From the NCBI GenBank assembly GCA_905234195.1, contig CAJOFR010000001.1:99057-163056 (forward strand): a stretch of DNA of 64,000 bases, given 5' to 3'. This stretch comes from an uncultured Selenomonadaceae bacterium (GTDB lineage: Bacteria > Bacillota > Negativicutes > Selenomonadales > Selenomonadaceae). The position numbers were made by a program, and so were the translations under genes. This document shows positions 19,857 to 30,027 of this stretch, one piece after another. How positions within the stretch are numbered: position 1 is the stretch's first letter; each line of letters opens with the position of its first letter. Below the pieces are notes generated by a model. The model saw nothing but the letters and a program-made list of their open reading frames with translations, did no database searches and was not told where the DNA came from.

Positions 19857-20306
19857 TCACCAACGCAGACGCCGTTGCCACTCGATCAGCTCCTTTTTTC
19901 CCAGCGGCAAGTCAATCGATTGCCCGTTGTCGTAATAAAATTTAATTCGGATTTCTTCAGCCAAAAGCATGTCTTTCAAACAAATTTTCGGGAAACTGAT
20001 AAATAATTTATTTTCATTGCGCAAAAAATCTGACGTTTGTCTTGTCGACGCATTTAAATCCCAGGGAATGTTGTCCGTGAAAAGAATCGCCTTTTGCAAA
20101 AGTTGCGCCTTGTCATAGCGATAATCCCACAAAGTAAAAACCGCGCCTTCAAGGTTGCCGTCGCCGTCGCGTGACGCCTTAAAATCTATCGTCGCATATT
20201 CTTCGAGCGTCGACGCTTCTCGGTGATCATAATTCCAAGTGTAACTCATGCCGAAAATTCCCAACAGCATCAGCACAATTCCTATTCCAAAAAAAGTTCT
20301 TTGCAT
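19857..20306 (-). CDS. Membrane-anchored hypothetical protein (149 aa)
   Basis: It has a single N-terminal TM (FFGIGIVLMLLGIFGM). I recognise no family. Confidence 0.45.
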   Translation of the reverse strand: MQRTFFGIGIVLMLLGIFGMSYTWNYDHREASTLEEYATIDFKASRDGDGNLEGAVFTLWDYRYDKAQLLQKAILFTDNIPWDLNASTRQTSDFLRNENKLFISFPKICLKDMLLAEEIRIKFYYDNGQSIDLPLGKKELIEWQRRLRW

Positions 20307-20407
20307 TGTACCCTCCGATTTTTTCGGACTGAATTAAATCCGCTAAAGTATATCACAAACCGCGCCCATTGTCGGGATATTTTTTTTGCCGTTGAAAATA
20401 ATTTTTA

Positions 20408-20436
20408 TTGACAAATTTTCTCATTTGTGATATATT
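20408..20436 (+). promoter_or_regulatory. Near-consensus promoter (TTGACA-17 nt-TATATT)
   Basis: The hexamers lie at 20408-20413 and 20431-20436. It drives the short transcript listed in the next feature. Confidence 0.5.
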
Positions 20437-20442
20437 CTGCTC

Positions 20443-20519
20443 AAGCTTTTCGTTAAGCTCTCCTAAAAATACTACATACCTCGAATAAAGGAATCCGCAA
20501 TGCTCAGGCGGATTTTTTT
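20443..20519 (+). ncRNA. Candidate ~75-nt small RNA or terminated leader upstream of sucC
   Basis: It lies between the promoter above and an intrinsic terminator (AATCCGC-loop-GCGGATT + T7, 20492-20519). It contains a 5-bp hairpin (AGCTT/AAGCT) and a single-stranded CUCCU stretch. Confidence 0.3.
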
Positions 20520-20532
20520 GTTGCAAAAAATT

Positions 20533-20561
20533 TTGCTTTAATCAATTTGTTTTGATATAAT
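20533..20561 (+). promoter_or_regulatory. sucCD promoter (TTGCTT-17 nt-TATAAT with a TG extension)
   Basis: The hexamers lie at 20533-20538 and 20556-20561. It is flanked by a direct repeat, TTAATCAA. Confidence 0.5.
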
Positions 20562-20594
20562 CTTTTTAATCAAAGCAAAAGGGGACGAAATGAT

Positions 20595-21782
20595 ATGAAC
20601 ATTCATGAGTATCAGAGCAAGGAAATTTTGCGTAGCTATGGCGTGGCTGTGCCGAAGGGCAAGGCGGCGTTTTCCGTTGAAGAGGCTGTGGAAAATGCGA
20701 AGGAGCTCGGCAGCAATGTCGTCGTCGTCAAGGCGCAAATCCATGCGGGCGGGCGCGGCAAGGCGGGCGGCGTCAAGCTGGCGAAAAATCTTGACGAGGT
20801 AAAAAATTTTGCGGCTGAACTTCTCGGAAAAGTTTTGGTCACTCATCAAACGGGACCCGAAGGCAAAAAAGTTCATCGCCTGTTGATAGAGGAAGGCTCG
20901 AATATCAAAAAAGAATTTTACTTGAGTTTTGTGATTGACCGTCAAACGGCGCGGGTTGTCATGATGGGCAGTCCGGAAGGCGGCGTCGAAATTGAAAAGG
21001 TTGCCGCCGAAACTCCCGAAAAAATTTTTAAGGAGTACATAGATCCGGTTATCGGGCTGGCACCTTTTCAGGCGACGCGCATGGCTTACGCGCTCGGTTT
21101 TCCGCAAGAGGCAATTCGCAAGGCGTCCGGCTTGATGCTGAAACTTTACGCCGCCTTTGTCGGAAAAGATTGTTCGTTGGCTGAAATTAATCCGCTGGTG
21201 CTGACTGCCGAAGATGACGTTATCGCACTCGACGCGAAACTGAATTTTGACGACAGCGCGCTTTTCCGCCACCCCGATATTGCGGCGTTGCGTGACGAGA
21301 CTGAAGAGGACGCGAAGGAGCTCCGCGCGGCGAAATCCGGTTTGAATTATGTCAATCTCGGCGGCAATGTTGCTTGCATGGTAAACGGCGCGGGGCTGGC
21401 GATGGCGACCGTCGATATTTTAAAACACTTCGGCGGCGAACCTGCGAACTTTTTGGACGTCGGCGGCGCGTCGACTCCGGAAACTACCGCTGAAGCTTTT
21501 CAGATTATGCTTGACGGCGGGCAGGCGCAGGGGATTTTTGTAAATATTTTCGGCGGGATTGTCAAATGCGATAACATTGCGAAAGGTCTGCTTGACGCGG
21601 CGAAAATTATTTCTCCCGACGGAAAATCTTTCCCCGTGCCGGTCGTCGTCCGCCTGGAAGGTACGAACGTCGACATTGCGCGGCAGATGCTGAAAGATGC
21701 GGCTGTCGAAAATGTTATGGTTGCCGAGACTATGGAAGGCGGCGCAGAAAAAATCGTTCGTCTTGTCAAAAATGCAAACTGA
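20595..21782 (+). CDS. sucC: Succinate--CoA ligase beta subunit
   Basis: The start [17 protein letters not shown], the ATP-grasp motifs and GGIVKCD are present. Confidence 0.93.
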   Translation: MNIHEYQSKEILRSYGVAVPKGKAAFSVEEAVENAKELGSNVVVVKAQIHAGGRGKAGGVKLAKNLDEVKNFAAELLGKVLVTHQTGPEGKKVHRLLIEEGSNIKKEFYLSFVIDRQTARVVMMGSPEGGVEIEKVAAETPEKIFKEYIDPVIGLAPFQATRMAYALGFPQEAIRKASGLMLKLYAAFVGKDCSLAEINPLVLTAEDDVIALDAKLNFDDSALFRHPDIAALRDETEEDAKELRAAKSGLNYVNLGGNVACMVNGAGLAMATVDILKHFGGEPANFLDVGGASTPETTAEAFQIMLDGGQAQGIFVNIFGGIVKCDNIAKGLLDAAKIISPDGKSFPVPVVVRLEGTNVDIARQMLKDAAVENVMVAETMEGGAEKIVRLVKNAN

Positions 21783-21794
21783 GGTGAAATTATC

Positions 21795-22709
21795 ATGGGA
21801 ATTTTGGTTAATAAAGATACAAAAGTTATAGTGCAGGGGATTACCGGCAAGGCGGCGACTTTCCACACGAAACAAATGCTTGCTTACGGCACAAAAATTG
21901 TTGGCGGCGTCACGCCGGGCAAGGCAGGGCAAATTGTCGAAGGCGTTCCCGTTTTTAATACTGTTATCGACGCGGTGAAAGCTACGGGCGCGACGGCGTC
22001 GGTTATTTATGTTCCCGCGAAATTTGCCGCCGATTCGATTATGGAAGCAGTCGACGCGGAACTTGACGTCGTGGTTTGTATCACCGAGCACATTCCGGTT
22101 ATGGACATGGTAAAAGTTCGCCGTTATATGGAGGGCAAAAAAACTCGTCTTATCGGTCCGAACTGCCCGGGAATTTTGACAACGGACGAATGCAAGCTTG
22201 GGATTATTCCCGGGTACATTCACAAGAAAGGGCACGTCGGAGTTATTTCGCGTTCGGGAACTTTGACATACGAGGCAACGTTCCAACTGACTGCGGCGGG
22301 TATCGGGCAGACGACTGCGATTGGTATTGGCGGCGATCCCGTCAAGGGGATTGATTTTATTGACGCGCTGAAACTTTTCAAGGAAGACCCCGACACAAAA
22401 GCCGTGCTGATTATCGGCGAAATTGGCGGCAGTGCTGAAGAGGACGCCGCGAAATGGATTGCCGAGAACATGCCCGAAAAACCCGTCGCCGCGTTCATTG
22501 CGGGCAGGCAGGCTCCTGCGGGTAAACGTATGGGGCACGCCGGCGCGATTATTTCCGGCGGCAAGGGCACGGCCGCTGACAAAATTAAAGCTCTCAACGC
22601 GGTTGGTATCGAAGTCGCGGACACCGTCGCACATATCGGCGAAACCGTCGTCAAAACTCTCAAGCGCGCAGGAATTTACGAACAGTGTCACAGTAACTTT
22701 TTGTCGTGA
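21795..22709 (+). CDS. sucD: Succinate--CoA ligase alpha subunit
   Basis: Motifs [25 protein letters not shown] and the catalytic His loop MGHAGAII are present. Confidence 0.93.
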   Translation: MGILVNKDTKVIVQGITGKAATFHTKQMLAYGTKIVGGVTPGKAGQIVEGVPVFNTVIDAVKATGATASVIYVPAKFAADSIMEAVDAELDVVVCITEHIPVMDMVKVRRYMEGKKTRLIGPNCPGILTTDECKLGIIPGYIHKKGHVGVISRSGTLTYEATFQLTAAGIGQTTAIGIGGDPVKGIDFIDALKLFKEDPDTKAVLIIGEIGGSAEEDAAKWIAENMPEKPVAAFIAGRQAPAGKRMGHAGAIISGGKGTAADKIKALNAVGIEVADTVAHIGETVVKTLKRAGIYEQCHSNFLS

Positions 22710-23422
22710 CGAATCGCAGTATCTTCAAAACAAAAATAATCGGGACGGTGGCGGGACTCCGTGTACTCGAACTGAATCCCTTCTGAATTAAAAACTCGAC
22801 CGCTGATAATGACAAGACAATTATAATCGTCAAGCTCAAGATAATTTTTGTCTTCGCTCGTCGCAAATTCGGCGGTCATTTTTCTTTTGCTCGTCATGAT
22901 TTTCATTTTGAGTTCGTTTTCGAGATAATCATAGATGGATTTTTTCGCGATTTCCTCATTCAAACCGCGCGCAGCTGAAACGAGAAAATAATTCTTGTCA
23001 AAAATTAAAGCCTTGCCGTCAATACAGCGGACGCGCCGCACGTCGTAGAGTTTGTCGCCGATTTTAAAACCTGTCCTCTCGGAAATTTCCTCGTCCGCCT
23101 CAACTTCCTCCAGGCGAACAACTTTTGTATCGTAGGTGAAGCCGTTCCGCGCCGCCGCCTCCTTGAAAGACTCAATCCCGCCGATTTTGAAAACGTTTCT
23201 TTCCACCGGCTCGTAAATCACGCGAATACGACTGCCCTGCCGCATTTGCACATATCCGCGCTCAATCAAAATTTTTATCGCGCGGTGAACGGTACTTCGC
23301 ACGCAACCATAAATTTTCGTCAAATCCCTCTCCGACGGCAGATAAGAATTGAAAGTATATTCCTGTGTCTCAATTTTGTTTTTCAAATCGTAATAAATTT
23401 TATCGAACTTAGTTTCCGGCAT
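22688..23422 (-). CDS. treR: GntR/HutC-family repressor with a UTRA domain, the likely trehalose operon repressor
   Basis: It has a wHTH ([25 protein letters not shown]) plus a UTRA domain and is divergent from the tre PTS genes. I chose ATG 23422, 9 nt after GGGAG. Its 3-prime end overlaps sucD by 22 nt. Confidence 0.8.
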   Translation of the reverse strand: MPETKFDKIYYDLKNKIETQEYTFNSYLPSERDLTKIYGCVRSTVHRAIKILIERGYVQMRQGSRIRVIYEPVERNVFKIGGIESFKEAAARNGFTYDTKVVRLEEVEADEEISERTGFKIGDKLYDVRRVRCIDGKALIFDKNYFLVSAARGLNEEIAKKSIYDYLENELKMKIMTSKRKMTAEFATSEDKNYLELDDYNCLVIISGRVFNSEGIQFEYTESRHRPDYFCFEDTAIRHDKKLL

Positions 23423-23521
23423 GTTTCTCATCTCCCAAAGTCAACCATTTCCCTTATTATAGCGCGAATTATTTTCAACGGGAATAAAAAATTTTTTTGC
23501 GGAAAAAAATTTTTTATTTGC

Positions 23522-23577
23522 TTGACTTGTCTAAACGAAAATGGTATAAACGATTTAAAGATTGCAGTCTTGTACAA
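23522..23577 (+). promoter_or_regulatory. tre promoter (TTGACT-17-TATAAA with a TG extension) with two HutC-type operator candidates
   Basis: GTCTAAAC (23529-23536, GT-n-TA-n-AC pattern) lies inside the spacer. The perfect palindrome TTGTACAA (23570-23577) lies just downstream of the -10. Confidence 0.5.
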
Positions 23578-23608
23578 ACAAATCCGAATTAAAAAGGGGG
23601 CTTTGGGA

Positions 23609-25564
23609 ATGGGCACTTACACAAAAGATTCTGAAGAACTGCTCAAACTTGTCGGCGGCAAGGAAAATATTGCGGCGGTTTCTCACTGTATGACGCGCAT
23701 GCGATTTGTTTTGGTTGATCCGAAAAAAGCTGACGTCAAGGGGATTGAGGCGATGAAGGTCGTCAAGGGCAGCTTTACTCAAGCGGGACAATTCCAGGTT
23801 ATTATCGGCAACACGGTCAGCGAATTTTACAAGGACTTCACGGCTTTTGCGGGCATTGAAGGCGTTTCGAAAGACGCGGTGAAGGCGGCGGCGGGTGCTA
23901 ACCAAAATATTTTGCAACGGGCGGCGGCTATTGCGGCAGAAATTTTTGCGCCGTTGATTCCCGCGATTATCACCGGCGGTCTTATTCTCGGTTTTAGGAA
24001 CTGTATCGATTCGCTTTATATTTTTGAGAACGGTACGAAGACCCTCGTCGAACTCAGTCCGTTTTGGGCGGGCATGGATCACTTCCTCTGGCTGATTGGT
24101 GAAGCCGTCTTCCATCTCGGTATTCCCGTCGGTATTTGTTGGTCTGTCGTTCGCAAAATGGGCGGCACTCCCATTCTCGGTATCATTCTCGGTTTAACTT
24201 TGGTCTCAAGCCAACTCCTGAACGCCTATGCAGTGGCGACAACTCCTCCCGACCAAATTCCTGTGTGGGATTTTGGCTCCTTCCAATTTCAGCGAATTGG
24301 CTATCAAGCGCAAGTTATTCCTGCAATTCTGGCGGCGTTGACTTTATCTTATCTTGAAAAATTTTTCCGAAGTATAGTTCCCGCCGTAGTGTCAATGATT
24401 ATCGTACCTTTCTGCAGTTTGGTTTTGACTGTAATAGCGGCGCATTTTATTCTTGGTCCTATCGGCTGGAAAATCGGCTCGGCAGTTTCCAGCGTCGTCT
24501 TCAGCGGCATTACCGGCGACTTCCGAATTATTTTCGGCGCGCTTTTCGGTTTTATCTATGCTCCGCTGGTTATTACCGGCTTGCACCACATGACGAACGC
24601 CATAGACTTGCAACTTATCGCGGACTACGGCGGAACCATGTTGTGGCCTATGATTGCGCTTTCCAATATCGCGCAGGGCTCCGCAGTTTTGGGAATGATG
24701 TATCTGCAACGCAAGAACGCGGCGGCACAAGAAGTAAATGTTCCCTCGTGGGTGTCGTGTTGGCTCGGCGTCACTGAACCTGCTATTTTCGGTGTCAACA
24801 TTCCGAAACTGTTTCCTTTTATTTGCGGTATGACGGGCTCGGCGTGCGCGGCAATAGTTTGCGTCTCGACTTCGACAACGGCTAACGCAATAGGCGTCGG
24901 CGGCGTCCCCGGCATCCTGTCGATTCAGCCGCAGTACATGCCCACATTCGCGCTTGCAATGCTCGTGGCTATCGTCGTACCGTGTGTCTTAACGATAGCT
25001 GTCGGCAAGAAAAGGGGTATCGACAAAGAAGCAGAAGCGGCTCAAGCTGCAGCTGAAATAGAGGCAGCGGCAGAGGCGGCAAATGCGGCGGCGGCGGCTA
25101 ATCTCGTCAGCGAAAATGAATTTAAAGCTTACCTTGACGGCGAAGTTATCAGCCTGAAGGAAGTTGGCGACGGCGTCTTTTCCGAAAAAATGGTAGGCGA
25201 CGGTCTTGCGATTAAACCCGCTAACGAAACTGTCTGCGCGCCGGTCTCCGGAAAAATTACCGTGCTCATGGAAGATTCGAGGCACGCTGTCGGCATGACG
25301 CTTTCCAATGGCGTTGAAGTTTTAATTCACGTCGGAATAGATACGGTCGGCATGGGCGGCGACGGATTCAGTTATCTCGTAAAAATTGGCGACGTCGTCA
25401 AAGTCGGTACTCCGCTCTTGAAATTCAGCAAGGCAAAAATCAAGGCGGCGGGTCATCCCGATACGGCAATAATGGTCGTCACAAACCCCAACGGTATCGA
25501 CACGTTTAAATTCTTGAGCGGCATGCAGGGCAAAACTAATCAAACTGTTATCGCGACTTACTAA
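23609..25564 (+). CDS. treP: PTS trehalose(-like) transporter, fused EIIB-EIIC-EIIA(Glc)
   Basis: It has the EIIB Cys motif AVSHCMTRMRF, a multi-TM EIIC, an Ala-rich linker and an EIIA-Glc domain (GDGLAIKP...HVGIDTV). The start is ATG 23609, after AAAGGGGG. Confidence 0.85.
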   Translation: MGTYTKDSEELLKLVGGKENIAAVSHCMTRMRFVLVDPKKADVKGIEAMKVVKGSFTQAGQFQVIIGNTVSEFYKDFTAFAGIEGVSKDAVKAAAGANQNILQRAAAIAAEIFAPLIPAIITGGLILGFRNCIDSLYIFENGTKTLVELSPFWAGMDHFLWLIGEAVFHLGIPVGICWSVVRKMGGTPILGIILGLTLVSSQLLNAYAVATTPPDQIPVWDFGSFQFQRIGYQAQVIPAILAALTLSYLEKFFRSIVPAVVSMIIVPFCSLVLTVIAAHFILGPIGWKIGSAVSSVVFSGITGDFRIIFGALFGFIYAPLVITGLHHMTNAIDLQLIADYGGTMLWPMIALSNIAQGSAVLGMMYLQRKNAAAQEVNVPSWVSCWLGVTEPAIFGVNIPKLFPFICGMTGSACAAIVCVSTSTTANAIGVGGVPGILSIQPQYMPTFALAMLVAIVVPCVLTIAVGKKRGIDKEAEAAQAAAEIEAAAEAANAAAAANLVSENEFKAYLDGEVISLKEVGDGVFSEKMVGDGLAIKPANETVCAPVSGKITVLMEDSRHAVGMTLSNGVEVLIHVGIDTVGMGGDGFSYLVKIGDVVKVGTPLLKFSKAKIKAAGHPDTAIMVVTNPNGIDTFKFLSGMQGKTNQTVIATY

Positions 25565-25572
25565 AACTAAAA

Positions 25573-25627
25573 GCGGGCAATCGAAATTTTCCCTGAGTTT
25601 CGTTTGCCCGTTGTTTAAATTTTTTGT
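25573..25627 (+). terminator. Possible intrinsic terminator/attenuator between treP and treC
   Basis: The stem GCGGGCAATCGAAA / TTTCGTTTGCCCG has one mismatch and an 11-nt loop, and is followed by a T-rich tract. Confidence 0.4.
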
Positions 25628-25693
25628 CGGGTGAAAAATAAATCGGCTTGTAATATAATGTGCGAAAGTAAAAATTTTTGGGGAGGTTTTAAA

Positions 25694-27328
25694 ATGAAAT
25701 TTTCTTCCGGTACAGTCTACCAAATTTATCCTCGTTCATTTTATGATTCAAATGGCGACGGAATAGGCGACATTCGCGGAATTATCGAAAAGCTTGACTA
25801 CATTAAAAGTCTCGGCGTTGATTATATTTGGAGCACGCCCTTTTTCGTTTCGCCGCAACGTGATAACGGCTACGACATCGCGAACTACCGCGAAATTGAT
25901 CCGCGTTTCGGGACAATGGCGGACGTCGAAAAACTTATCGCGGAGGCAGGCAAGCGCGGCATCTCGATTATGATGGACGCCGTTTTCAATCACACTTCGA
26001 CGGAGCACGAATGGTTTCAGCGCGCGCTAAAAGGCGAAGAAAAATATTTGAACTACTATATTTTTAAAGACGGGGAGCCTGATAAGCCGCCGACAAATTG
26101 GGTGTCAAAATTCGGCGGCAATGCGTGGGAATATGTTCCGCACCTGAAAAAATGGTACTTGCATTTGTTTGACGTGACGCAGGCGGATTTGAATTGGGAA
26201 AACCTCGAAGTCCGCGAAGAACTGAAAGATATTTTGCGCTTTTGGAAAAAGAAAGGCGTCAAGGGTTATCGTTTCGACGTCGTCAATTTAATTTCAAAGC
26301 CGGCTGAATTTGTCGATGATAATCAAGGCGACGGGCGCAGGTTTTACACGGACGGGCGGCACGTCCACGAATTTTTGAAAGAGCTCGTCAAGGACTCCGG
26401 TATCGACGGAATGATTACCGTCGGTGAAATGTCCTCCACGTCAATCGACAACTGCATAAGGTATTCCAATCCGAATGAACATGAACTGAGCATGACATTC
26501 AGTTTTCATCATCTGAAAGTCGATTACAAGGGCGGGGATAAATGGTCACTTATGGACGCCGATATTTCCGCGCTGAAAAAACTTTTTGAAGATTGGCAGG
26601 TCGGCATGGCGGAGGGCGGCGGCTGGAACGCTGTTTTCTGGTGCAACCACGATCAACCGCGCGCAGTTTCTCGTTTCGGCGACGACGAAAAATTTCATAA
26701 CGAGTCAGCGAAAATGTTGGCGGCGACTGTTCATTTGATGCGCGGGACGCCGTACATATATCAAGGCGAAGAACTCGGCATGACGAACGCCAAATACACT
26801 TCGATTGAACAGTATCGCGACGTCGAGAGCCTGAACTACTACAAAATTTTGCGCGACGCCGGGAAGTCTGAAGAAGAGGCATTAAAAATTATCGGCGAAC
26901 GTTCACGCGACAACGGGCGCACGCCTATGCAGTGGTCGGCTGAAAAATTCGCGGGCTTTTCGAGTGTCGAGGCGTGGATTTCTTCGCCGGAAAATTACAA
27001 GCAGTTTAACGTTGAAGTCGAGGAGCGCGACGAAAATTCCGTGCTGAACTTTTATAAAATGCTCGTCCAGTTCCGCAAAAATAATCGCGTCGTGCAGGAA
27101 GGCGATATTAATTTCCTTGAGCGCGATAATAACGACGTCATTGCTTACCGCCGCAGTTTGGACGGCGAAGAGTTAATTATTCTGTGCAACTATCGTGGCA
27201 AAAATGTTGACTTGAGCGAAAAAAGTTTGTCCGAGTTCTGCGCGGCGGGCTACAAAAAAATTATCGGCAACTACGAAAATCTTGCCGATAACCTCCGCCC
27301 GTATGAAGTCATCGTCTTCCAAAAATAA
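25694..27328 (+). CDS. treC: GH13 alpha,alpha-phosphotrehalase (trehalose-6-phosphate hydrolase)
   Basis: GH13 motifs are present: YQIYPRSF, DAVFNHTS, GYRFDVVN, VGEM and FWCNHDQPR. The tre context supports the substrate call. The start is ATG 25694, after GGGAGG. Confidence 0.8.
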   Translation: MKFSSGTVYQIYPRSFYDSNGDGIGDIRGIIEKLDYIKSLGVDYIWSTPFFVSPQRDNGYDIANYREIDPRFGTMADVEKLIAEAGKRGISIMMDAVFNHTSTEHEWFQRALKGEEKYLNYYIFKDGEPDKPPTNWVSKFGGNAWEYVPHLKKWYLHLFDVTQADLNWENLEVREELKDILRFWKKKGVKGYRFDVVNLISKPAEFVDDNQGDGRRFYTDGRHVHEFLKELVKDSGIDGMITVGEMSSTSIDNCIRYSNPNEHELSMTFSFHHLKVDYKGGDKWSLMDADISALKKLFEDWQVGMAEGGGWNAVFWCNHDQPRAVSRFGDDEKFHNESAKMLAATVHLMRGTPYIYQGEELGMTNAKYTSIEQYRDVESLNYYKILRDAGKSEEEALKIIGERSRDNGRTPMQWSAEKFAGFSSVEAWISSPENYKQFNVEVEERDENSVLNFYKMLVQFRKNNRVVQEGDINFLERDNNDVIAYRRSLDGEELIILCNYRGKNVDLSEKSLSEFCAAGYKKIIGNYENLADNLRPYEVIVFQK

Positions 27329-28585
27329 TCAACCCTTAAGACGTTTATTTACCCTGTCGCAAAAATCTTCGGCGGCGTGGCGGTAGGCGTCAATCGGTTT
27401 ATCGTCGGTCTCCTGGTAGCCGCGCGAAATGACAACGGAATTTTGCGGATCGACCAGCCAAAAATTTGCGGTGACCGCCCAATAAAAAGAATAATAAGCA
27501 TAATGACCGGAAATATTTTGGTCATAGCGGGAAATTGTCATGGTGTGTTCTTTGCCATCTTTATCCCGCCATTTTCTTTCTTCAAGGCTGACGAGATTGG
27601 TATTCACCGAATAGCTCGGCTCGTGCCAAACCGGAATAAGCCTGCAACTTTCGACACTGCTCCGCAAAAAATATTGCACGGGCAGAGGATTATTTTCGCT
27701 GACGATAATTTTTGCGCCCTTGATATTTTTAATCGCCTCGTCTTGAAAAGCATAAGTCATTGCGTTCGCGTAATGTGCATCCTCTTTAAATTCGCCCTCC
27801 ATTGTCACCGGCGTGAACCCAATCCGAATGCCGCCCGAAGTTTCTTTGCCGGTATTCTTCCCCTTTTTCGCGTCGCCGAAAACTTCCTGGAAGTCCTTAA
27901 CCAAATTTTTGAACTGCCCCTCTTCGTTGACGTTGTAGCTGCGATTTTGTTGGACGGAAGTCAAAATTTTGTTCGCGTTCTTGTCGTAGCCGGTGAATTC
28001 CACAGTCATGCGGTGAAGATAAATTTTCATCTCCGGCAAAACAAAATGCTCCATACGAGATTTTTCGTTAAGAGTTTCATTTCCGTCGGGGCCGCCCGTG
28101 ATTTCCGTCCACGAACTTAGCTGAATATCCCATTCGCGGCGCGGGGAAGTATCCACCTGCACGCGATTTTCCCTGAAGCGCGGCACGATATAGGCATCCG
28201 CCATTAACGCCTCTTCGACGGCGGCGGCGCGTGACTCTTCGTCGGGGAAGGGCGCAAGCAAATTTTCGTATCGTTGCGTCGTAATTTCGTCAAGCTCGTG
28301 AATTTCCTCAGCCAGCCGAATAAAAAGAACTTTGTCCAATTTTTTGCTAAGCCGCTCTTCAAGATAAGCGTTAAGCTTAAAATTTCTCGTGCCCTCTTCG
28401 CCGCGCCGATAATCATTTTGAGATTCCCAAGCGTTGCTTAGCGGGAAAATCACGACCCTTTCAAAATGATCAAAGCCGACGTCCCTGTCGTACCAAAAAA
28501 TTTCGTGCGCCGAAACATTTGACGAACTAAAAAAAATTAAACCGGTCACAATGCCGGCTAAAAACTTTGTAAAAAAATTTTTCAA
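27329..28585 (-). CDS. Secreted protein E of the five-gene operon (418 aa), with two degenerate CsgG/LpoB-like modules
   Basis: The TTG start lies 9 nt after GGGAG. It has an AxA signal peptide (SSNVSA/HE) and the motifs ERVVIFPLSN, ADAYIVPRF and FWLVDPQNSVV. Confidence 0.6.
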   Translation of the reverse strand: MKNFFTKFLAGIVTGLIFFSSSNVSAHEIFWYDRDVGFDHFERVVIFPLSNAWESQNDYRRGEEGTRNFKLNAYLEERLSKKLDKVLFIRLAEEIHELDEITTQRYENLLAPFPDEESRAAAVEEALMADAYIVPRFRENRVQVDTSPRREWDIQLSSWTEITGGPDGNETLNEKSRMEHFVLPEMKIYLHRMTVEFTGYDKNANKILTSVQQNRSYNVNEEGQFKNLVKDFQEVFGDAKKGKNTGKETSGGIRIGFTPVTMEGEFKEDAHYANAMTYAFQDEAIKNIKGAKIIVSENNPLPVQYFLRSSVESCRLIPVWHEPSYSVNTNLVSLEERKWRDKDGKEHTMTISRYDQNISGHYAYYSFYWAVTANFWLVDPQNSVVISRGYQETDDKPIDAYRHAAEDFCDRVNKRLKG

Positions 28586-28603
28586 AGCAAAACGCTCCCT
28601 TCG

Positions 28604-29209
28604 TCAAATATTTTTTTTAATCTTCTCGGCAATTTCGTGCGCCGCCTTCTCCAACGCCTGATTCAAGCAGTCTTCGGAAAATTCCAGCTGCCCGCTGCGA
28701 AAAATTCTTCCGATTCGATTGACGCGCGCTTTAGCAATTCCCTTGCCGGTGAAAATCGCAACCTCTTCGCCGGTGGCAACGTCGAAAATTCTCACGCTCA
28801 AACCTGCGCGAATGCCGTCGCCCTTGCCGATAATTTTTTCGTCGGTGGTGCGGCTCAAGTTCGTCAAGTATCCGACGAGGAGATATTCACAGCCCTCGAC
28901 GCTCGCCACGTCACGAACCTCCGGCGTAATTTTTCCGACCTGCATCATAATTAAAAGCTCGTCCATTATCGCCTTCGTGGTCTCGCCCGTCAAGTCGCGC
29001 AGGTCAGCGCAAGAAATAATCTCGTCCATGATAATCATTGGCGCGGCGTGAAAAACTTCAACCTGCTCATTATCTAGATTGGTAATCGGAACGCGGCTCG
29101 TGAAGTCGACAATTCCAATCACCGGAAAATTTTTTGCCTCCGCTTGAAAATTTATCGCGCCGAAGACAAAAAAAATCGTCGCCGCAAAAATCGCGCGCAG
29201 GACTTTCAT
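28604..29209 (-). CDS. Secreted CsgG/LpoB-like protein D (201 aa)
   Basis: ATG 29209 follows GGTGGAG. It has a signal peptide ending AEA and the motifs FPVIGIVDFTS, GCEYLLVGY and IFDVATGEEV. Confidence 0.65.
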   Translation of the reverse strand: MKVLRAIFAATIFFVFGAINFQAEAKNFPVIGIVDFTSRVPITNLDNEQVEVFHAAPMIIMDEIISCADLRDLTGETTKAIMDELLIMMQVGKITPEVRDVASVEGCEYLLVGYLTNLSRTTDEKIIGKGDGIRAGLSVRIFDVATGEEVAIFTGKGIAKARVNRIGRIFRSGQLEFSEDCLNQALEKAAHEIAEKIKKNI

Positions 29210-29222
29210 TTTCTCCACCACC

Positions 29223-30026
29223 TTAAAATTTAATCGCCTTCAATCCTTTTTTTGTCAGATTCTCCACGAGTTCGCCGGCTTGCTTGTTCAAAACAAAATT
29301 AATCATATCGCCGATTGTATAATTATTTCCGTACTTGCCGATTAAAACATTCGTGGTCAAGCTCGTGCGCTTTTCTATATTCTGCCCCTCAAAAACTTTT
29401 CCGGTTTTCACGTTGACGAGATAATATTCCATTTCGATTTTTGCACGCTTGCCGCGCAAGTCGTCAGTGGAAGGGCTCGCGCCAAAAATCCCGCCGGTTT
29501 TCCGCCAAACATCGGCGTCACGAACGTTGCAGAAGAGCATGTAGTCGACGTCATACTTTTCGCCGAGAGCGCGAACATTTTCCGCAACGGCGGGCGTCAA
29601 ATTATAGGGCTTACCCTCAAGTTTCCTGCGCGCCGCAGTTTTCTTTTCGTCCTGAAAATATTCCTTGCCGAAAATCGAATCGCCGTACCGAATCATTTTT
29701 ACATTCGCCATGCGCCGCAAGTAAAGTCTGCCGTGCGCGATGGCGTCCATGTGAATCGTCGAAAAAATTTCGTCCTCCTCCGTCGGCTCAAAATCAAAAT
29801 CGTTAAGATTATTTCGCGTGGTCACGTTGAAGGAAGTCTGGAGGTTTTCGCGGATAACGTCGTAAAAATTTTCCATGAACTCCGGCTTTAATTCGTAGAC
29901 GCCGTAGCCTGTGACTTCGGCAAGGAGAATGCGCGGCGCGTTATTTTTTTTCAGCGCGTCGAAGGCGGCTTCAGCAGGCATCGCAAAAATCATCGCCGCC
30001 AAAATCAAAAGGAAAAGTTTTTTCAT
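29223..30026 (-). CDS. Secreted protein C (267 aa), a divergent member of the same module family
   Basis: It has a signal peptide ending AEA/AF and the motifs PRILLAEVTG, DVDYMLFCN and LVNVKTGKVF. Its start lies 1 nt after the stop of gene B. Confidence 0.6.
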   Translation of the reverse strand: MKKLFLLILAAMIFAMPAEAAFDALKKNNAPRILLAEVTGYGVYELKPEFMENFYDVIRENLQTSFNVTTRNNLNDFDFEPTEEDEIFSTIHMDAIAHGRLYLRRMANVKMIRYGDSIFGKEYFQDEKKTAARRKLEGKPYNLTPAVAENVRALGEKYDVDYMLFCNVRDADVWRKTGGIFGASPSTDDLRGKRAKIEMEYYLVNVKTGKVFEGQNIEKRTSLTTNVLIGKYGNNYTIGDMINFVLNKQAGELVENLTKKGLKAIKF

Positions 30027-30027
30027 T

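Noticed and set aside
20500-20541. A 13-codon ORF (MLRRIFLLQKILL) with an AAGGA RBS inside the terminator of the short transcript.
   Set aside because: The ATG sits in the terminator loop, the peptide is tiny, and the match is most likely a coincidence.
21420-22691. A 423-aa minus-strand ORF opposite sucC/sucD. Similar cases are 8810-9940 (376 aa), 60428-61474 (348 aa), 51356-52174, 53079-53897 and 46305-47090.
   Set aside because: They lie antisense to genes with unmistakable homology, and their translations are low-complexity (R/N/F/G-rich) with no RBS. They are best explained by sense-strand codon bias that removes antisense stops.
23246-23608. A 121-codon N-terminal extension of the PTS ORF in the track.
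   Set aside because: It runs through the treR coding region and the tre promoter/operator. The EIIB domain starts at ATG 23609, which has its own RBS.
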